64,000 nucleotides of DNA from an uncultured Aliivibrio sp. (GTDB taxonomy: Bacteria > Pseudomonadota > Gammaproteobacteria > Enterobacterales > Vibrionaceae): NCBI RefSeq assembly GCF_946479765.1, contig NZ_CAMLHO010000018.1:7877-71876 (forward strand), given 5' to 3'. Below, one piece after another: positions 59,233-64,000 of this stretch. The position numbers and the translations under genes were made by a program. Numbering within the stretch: position 1 is the first letter of the stretch; every line of letters begins with the position of its first letter. The notes under the pieces were generated by a model that worked only from the letters and a program-made list of their open reading frames with translations, did no database searches and was not told where the DNA came from.

Positions 59233-59407
59233 TTATTATCCTTTTAAATGCCTAATAATGGTTGTCCATACTTTAATCTTGCTTATGGTTTTTATCTAGA
59301 TTATTGATCGTATTTATAAACCTAGATCAAAAAAAACCAGTGTATTCGCTTCAATAGCGGAATAACACTGGCTTTCTGATGCTATCAGCTCTCACTCGGT
59401 GAGTACG

Positions 59408-60874
59408 TTAATTTACACTTTGTTTACGGTGTTTAAAATCAACCAGCATACCTAGGATAAACACACCCACGGTTACAAATAGAATGCTTTGGAATACATG
59501 GTGATATTGCGTTGCTGACACGATTAAATCTAATGTGCCTGCGTTAGCGCTTGTGTCTGTTGAGGTAAATTGAGCGATGTCTGCCGCTAAGTAGTTCGCC
59601 ACTGAGCCTCCTGCAAGCATATAGATGCCGGCTAATGTACCTGTTGCGCCCTGTGGGTTTAATCGTGTAATGGCTGCTAGCGCCACTGGGTCAATAAACA
59701 ACTCGGCCACGCCAATGCACAATAAACCAATCATTAACCATACAAAGGTGGTTTCACCGCTTGCCATCGCTAATTTAGAGGACAAGGTAATTAAGCTGAA
59801 CCCTGCGGTTAACAATAAAAGACCAATATTAAGTTTGGTTAATGTTCTTACTGAGATGCTTTTCGAATCAAGTATTTTCCACAACCAGGCAACACCTACC
59901 CCTCCGACAATTACAGCAACTGGGTTGATGGCTTGGAAGAACGCGGTTGGAATATCAAACCCACCAATGTTGGTGTTGATGTTACGCTCGATAAACAAGC
60001 TGATTGAGCTGCCACCTTGTTGGTCAAACGCCCAAAATACGGTGCCAAATAGCATGAAGTACATGATGGAATTCAACTTTTTGCGATCTTCTGCATCACT
60101 TTTTCTGTACAAGTTAATTATGTAGATCGCGGACATTAAACAAATTACAAATAAGATATAACCTGCCCATAAGTTTTTAAGGACAAACACTAAGCTTACT
60201 GTAGCAACCGCAACGGCAATAATAAGCAAAGACCAATGTGGGATACCTGCGCTTTTTTGCTTCAATGCAGGTATGTTGGGCTGGCTTACATGGCTAAAGT
60301 GCTTACGGCCTGAGATAAACACACACAACCCAATAAACATACCGATACCGGCTAATGAGAAACCAACGTTCCAGCCCCATTTCATCGCAGCAAAACCGCA
60401 TAATATAGGGGCTATCATTGAGCCAATATTGCCACCGATGTACGAGATAGAGAATCCCGCTTCTCGTCCGTGCTCTTGTTCTTTGGTTTGGTACAACTCA
60501 CCTAACAAACAACTGGAATTGGTTTTAAAGAAGCCGTAACCACAGATGATGAGTGACAGCGCTAAATACAGTGTGGTGTTGTCATGGCCAGGAAGGCTCA
60601 GTACAAAATGTCCCCCTACCATTAATAAACCACCAAGAATAACGGACCAATAGTTACCTAAATATTTATCGGCTAAATAACCACCAATGATTGGGGTTAC
60701 ATAAACTAGTGATGTATACGCACCATACAAGGCGTAGGCATGTTGGTCTGACATTAATAGTTTTTCGGTTAAGAAAAGTATCAATAAAGAGCGCATACCG
60801 TAATAGCTGAAGAATTCCCACATTTGAATGGCAATAATGTGGAATAGCCCTTTAGGTTGTTTGATCGTATTCAT
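59408..60874 (-). CDS. POT/PTR2-family di-/tripeptide:proton symporter
   Basis: N-terminal WEFFSYYGMRSLL (ExxERFxYY-type) and GGYLADKYLG motifs, with 14-TM scale. Confidence 0.85.
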   Translation of the reverse strand: MNTIKQPKGLFHIIAIQMWEFFSYYGMRSLLILFLTEKLLMSDQHAYALYGAYTSLVYVTPIIGGYLADKYLGNYWSVILGGLLMVGGHFVLSLPGHDNTTLYLALSLIICGYGFFKTNSSCLLGELYQTKEQEHGREAGFSISYIGGNIGSMIAPILCGFAAMKWGWNVGFSLAGIGMFIGLCVFISGRKHFSHVSQPNIPALKQKSAGIPHWSLLIIAVAVATVSLVFVLKNLWAGYILFVICLMSAIYIINLYRKSDAEDRKKLNSIMYFMLFGTVFWAFDQQGGSSISLFIERNINTNIGGFDIPTAFFQAINPVAVIVGGVGVAWLWKILDSKSISVRTLTKLNIGLLLLTAGFSLITLSSKLAMASGETTFVWLMIGLLCIGVAELFIDPVALAAITRLNPQGATGTLAGIYMLAGGSVANYLAADIAQFTSTDTSANAGTLDLIVSATQYHHVFQSILFVTVGVFILGMLVDFKHRKQSVN

Positions 60875-61216
60875 CTGCTGTCCCGTAATTGTTACGTCGA
60901 GTAAGTATTAATACTGTCTATTGATACTTATTCACTAATATTGGCTAAACATACACAGCAACGATTAAAACACCAAGCAGTTTGCGGTAAATCTCGTGCA
61001 ACATAAGTTTTCAAAAATGAAGAGTAAGGAATGATGATGTTCTCATGATTAAGATTGGTTAATATATGTATTAAATAAAATGAATCAAAGCCATTTTTTG
61101 CTTGTATATATGACCGCTTCTTAACGTAGATTAAGGATCTTCTTATACATTGAGGCTAATATTGCTGACATATTGTCAACGATGACAAAAAATACAAATA
61201 TCGATTTTAAAGAGGA

Positions 61217-62341
61217 TTGCACTTGAGCACTTTGTTTACAGAAACCCAGATTGGCAATATGACACTAAAGAACCGCTTTGTTCGAAGTGCAACGTGGGAA
61301 AATATGGCGACTGAAGAGGGCCATATGACAGACAAACTTTACGATATCTATGAAGAGCTAGCCCAAGGTGAAGTCGGCTTAATAGTGACAGGTTATGCAA
61401 ATATCGTTGAGGAAGAAAAGCCTAACGCAGGCATGATGGGTATGTACAACGATTCTTTTATTGCTGAGTACCAAAAGCTGACTGAGTTAGTGCACAAGTA
61501 TGATTCTAAGATTGCGATGCAACTGGCGTATGGTGGTACAAAAACCACGTATAACGTCGGCGAGCGAGTGATTTTTGCGCCAAGTGAGGTGTGTGAAAGA
61601 GGCACGAAAACCTTGGGCAAAGCGATGACTAAAGATGAGATTGATTACATTGTTGAGGCGTTTGCTCAAGCAAGCCGTCGTGCTCAAGAGTCCGGCTTTG
61701 ATGGTGTTGAGATCCACGCGGCGCACACTTATCTAATCAATCAATTTTTAAGCCCTTATTATAACCGCCGTGAAGATGAATACGGTGGCAGCTTAGATAA
61801 TCGCATGAGATTCTTAATTGAGATTTATGCCAAGATCAGAGATCTAGTCGGTAATGATTTCCCAATTTTAGTGAAGCTAACAGCAACAGAGTTTTTTGAT
61901 GGCGGTTTAACCTTTGATGACACTCGCCTTATCTGTAAAAAACTGGAACAGATTGGTGTCGATGCCATTATCGTTTCAGGCAATATTCACGGCAATGCGA
62001 GCACCATGATTGGCGAGTCATTTGATGGTTATACGTTGCAAGATGAAGGCTATTTCCGAGAATATGGTGCGGTAATCAGTGAAGATATTTCTATCCCTGT
62101 AATTACTGTGGGCGGTCTTAACGATATTTGTGCGATTGAAGCCATTGCTGAGAACACTAATATCCAATATTTTGCTTTATCACGCCCTTTACTTGCTGAG
62201 CCTCAGTTAATCAAACGTTGGAAAGAAGGCAGCAGAGCAGAAGTGGATTGTGAGCGTTGCTCTAAGTGCCGTACTAAGCGTGGTAACTTCTGTGTGGTGT
62301 ATAAAAAAAGAAAACCAAAGAAAGTTGAAGTGCACGCTTAA
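61217..62341 (+). CDS. NADH:flavin oxidoreductase, Old Yellow Enzyme family
   Basis: OYE N-terminus ...LFTETQIGNMTLKNRFV, then HAAHTYLINQFLSPYYNRREDEYGGS. The likely true start is the second TTG at 61223, given AGAGGA spacing. Confidence 0.8.
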   Translation: MHLSTLFTETQIGNMTLKNRFVRSATWENMATEEGHMTDKLYDIYEELAQGEVGLIVTGYANIVEEEKPNAGMMGMYNDSFIAEYQKLTELVHKYDSKIAMQLAYGGTKTTYNVGERVIFAPSEVCERGTKTLGKAMTKDEIDYIVEAFAQASRRAQESGFDGVEIHAAHTYLINQFLSPYYNRREDEYGGSLDNRMRFLIEIYAKIRDLVGNDFPILVKLTATEFFDGGLTFDDTRLICKKLEQIGVDAIIVSGNIHGNASTMIGESFDGYTLQDEGYFREYGAVISEDISIPVITVGGLNDICAIEAIAENTNIQYFALSRPLLAEPQLIKRWKEGSRAEVDCERCSKCRTKRGNFCVVYKKRKPKKVEVHA

Positions 62342-62375
62342 GAGTTAATCTCTTTTTTGCTAATCAATAAATATA

Positions 62376-62406
62376 AAAACGCCGCAGGTATTAACTGCGG
62401 CGTTTT
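62376..62406 (+). terminator. Rho-independent terminator
   Basis: AAACGCCGCAG-N7-CTGCGGCGTTTT. Confidence 0.85.
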
Positions 62407-62437
62407 AGTTTGATTTACCAGAGGGGAATTTTTTCAT

Positions 62438-62457
62438 TATGGAACTTTTCTTCCATA
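62438..62457. promoter_or_regulatory. Inverted repeat TATGGAA-N6-TTCCATA upstream of the nitroreductase gene
   Basis: Perfect 7-bp arms about 120 bp upstream of the start. The binding factor is unknown. Confidence 0.3.
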
Positions 62458-62577
62458 GTTATTGGATAATTACGCTATTTTTATCTTAACGTACATTGTA
62501 TATATTACTTCCATCAACAACGCGTTAGACAGGTGTTCTGCCTTTCGTTTTTGTTCATCTTATTTTAGGAATTAAAC

Positions 62578-63237
62578 ATGACTCACCCAATTATTGCCGA
62601 CCTAAACACTCGTTACACAACAAAAAAATACGATGCAACTAAACGTATTTCAGCAGAAGATATGGATGTGATTAAAGAAGCAATCCGTCTATCTGCTTCT
62701 TCTATTAACTCTCAGCCTTGGAAATTCATTGTTCTTGAAAGTGATGAAGCAAAAGAGCGTTTCCACGGTACGTTTGCAAATATGTTCCAGTTTAACCAAC
62801 CACACGCAAAAGAAGCATCACATACGATTTTGTTTGCACACAACCCTAAATTTGATAAAGATCAATACCGTAAAGTGGTTGATGCTGAAGTAAGTTCAGG
62901 TCACCTTCCTGCTGAGCGTTACAACGACATGCTTGATGGTGCGTATGGCTTTGTTGAATTGAATACTGATGAAAATGGCTTCAATGGCAACTGGACTAAA
63001 GCACAATCTTATATCGCTTTAGGTAACACACTGCATACACTTGCACGTATGGGTATTTCATCTACTTCTATGGAAGGCGTTGATGCAGCATTAATTGGTG
63101 AGACATTCAAAGATGAGCTTGATGGTTACGTATGTGACTTTGCGCTTGCTATGGGTTACCACAAAGAAGTTGAAGATTATAACCACGGTCTTCCAAAAGC
63201 ACATTTACCAATGGAAGATGTGATTACCGTTCTATAA
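62578..63237 (+). CDS. nfsB: Oxygen-insensitive NAD(P)H nitroreductase / flavin reductase (NfsB / FRase I-like)
   Basis: MTHPIIADLNTRYTTKKYD...SASSINSQPWKFIV... closely resembles the NfsB / Aliivibrio fischeri FRase I N-terminus as I recall it. Confidence 0.8.
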   Translation: MTHPIIADLNTRYTTKKYDATKRISAEDMDVIKEAIRLSASSINSQPWKFIVLESDEAKERFHGTFANMFQFNQPHAKEASHTILFAHNPKFDKDQYRKVVDAEVSSGHLPAERYNDMLDGAYGFVELNTDENGFNGNWTKAQSYIALGNTLHTLARMGISSTSMEGVDAALIGETFKDELDGYVCDFALAMGYHKEVEDYNHGLPKAHLPMEDVITVL

Positions 63238-63306
63238 GAACCAAGTTAATCTACACTGCTTATAATTTACGATAACCCTGCTTTTAATAAGTGGGGTTAT
63301 TTTTTA

Positions 63307-64000
63307 TTAAGATTTTGATAACTGATACATGCTGTCAAAATCAGGAATATGTTGCTCCCAACGAGGCGGCTCTCCGATATACTCTTTCACTGCTGCAATA
63401 AACTCTCTCACTAGCGCGGTCTGCTTTCGATGCGGATATAAAGCATAAACTGCAAGCCCCTTGTTACAAATGGCATAGTTTGTTAATAACGGTTTTAGTT
63501 TCATCTCTTCGATTGTACACGCCAAATTGGACGAAGCGATTACGGCATAACCTAACCCATCCTTCACGCCTTCGAGTAGAGTCCTTACGTCATTAACCTT
63601 GTAGTTACCCTTCATCTTGTAGTTTTTAAACTGCTTTGAATCGGGGGTTTCACTAAACCTAACGGTATCCACCGTTAATGTGCCATTGCTGTAAATAACA
63701 GAAGGCAAACTGACAAGTTCTTCTGGTGTGGTTGGCTCGCCATATTGCTCAATAAATTCATGCGAAGCTAAAACAACCGCACGAATATCCGCTATTTTTT
63801 TGGCAATCAAACTTGAATCATCCAAGCGACCTAACCGAAAAGCAACATCAAAGTGATCGGTAATAATGTCTGTACGTTTGTCGTCAATTAGCAGCACAAT
63901 CTCTACATCTGGGTACGATTTCATGAATTTACTGATCACAGGTTGCAGATATTGCTGGCCAATATGCACAGGAGCGGTGATCCGAATCCGACCTTTTGGC
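63307..64000 (-). CDS. LysR-family transcriptional regulator, C-terminal substrate-binding part (gene runs off the window end)
   Basis: The open frame continues upstream of the track's Met (…GRIRITAPVHIGQQYL…), and the sequence is typical of a LysR_substrate domain. Confidence 0.7.
   Translation of the reverse strand, partial: PKGRIRITAPVHIGQQYLQPVISKFMKSYPDVEIVLLIDDKRTDIITDHFDVAFRLGRLDDSSLIAKKIADIRAVVLASHEFIEQYGEPTTPEELVSLPSVIYSNGTLTVDTVRFSETPDSKQFKNYKMKGNYKVNDVRTLLEGVKDGLGYAVIASSNLACTIEEMKLKPLLTNYAICNKGLAVYALYPHRKQTALVREFIAAVKEYIGEPPRWEQHIPDFDSMYQLSKS

Noticed and set aside
61177-61189. TGACA-TAT-TGTCA inverted repeat upstream of the OYE-family gene as a regulator site
   Set aside because: The arms are only 5 bp in an AT-rich region, so chance occurrence is plausible, and no cognate regulator gene is adjacent.
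1-64000. CRISPR arrays, tRNA/rRNA genes, IS elements or prophage
   Set aside because: No regularly spaced direct repeats were found, and the only tandem repeats are the 7-mer x3.5 at 35299 and the 11-mer x2.6 at 56111. I saw no cloverleaf-like or rRNA-like conserved stretches and no transposase, integrase or phage structural ORFs. tRNA absence was judged by eye only.

Overview
Low-GC gammaproteobacterial chromosome segment. Gene content points to Vibrionaceae and probably Aliivibrio: a TonB2/TtpBCD cluster, torCA, an FRase-I/NfsB-like nitroreductase, and fruBKA-cra. I support about 65 protein-coding genes and found no rRNA, tRNA, CRISPR array, transposase or integrase. Left to right the window holds: the fruBKA operon and divergent cra with several Cra operators; a four-gene DUF1538-DUF1538-PII-CBS operon; a long minus-strand, Fur-box-fronted metal/iron cluster (PepSY-TM, DUF2271, DUF4198, two small proteins, a ZnuABC-like ABC transporter and an extra His-less binding-protein paralogue); the TonB2 system (ttpB-ttpC-exbB2-exbD2-tonB2-ttpD) with a TonB-dependent receptor; torCA TMAO reductase; a two-component system; a K+ channel; a sucrose PTS regulon (scrR / scrB-scrA-scrK); ogt; an ArsR/ArsP-like pair; an MCP; an SPFH/NfeD pair; the DEAD-box helicases dbpA and rhlE; and assorted housekeeping genes. 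The accessory-looking parts are listed next. (1) An ~0.9 kb RHH/ParE toxin-antitoxin module is bounded by perfect 10-bp inverted repeats and an 11-bp direct repeat, and appears inserted into the T-tract of a neighbouring terminator. (2) An AT-rich-flanked, defence-like locus at 53.5-57.4 kb has a SAM methyltransferase, an HNH_2 Type-IV-like nuclease and a NERD-SF1 helicase. The helicase is split by an 11-bp tandem duplication and followed by an unexplained GC-rich, hairpin-dense ~130-bp element. (3) The uncharacterised DUF1538/PII/CBS operon and the Fur-regulated PepSY/DUF2271/DUF4198 cluster, whose DUF2271 protein carries an NqrC-type flavinylation motif, are poorly understood systems. All functional calls come from motif recognition by eye and no database search was run.
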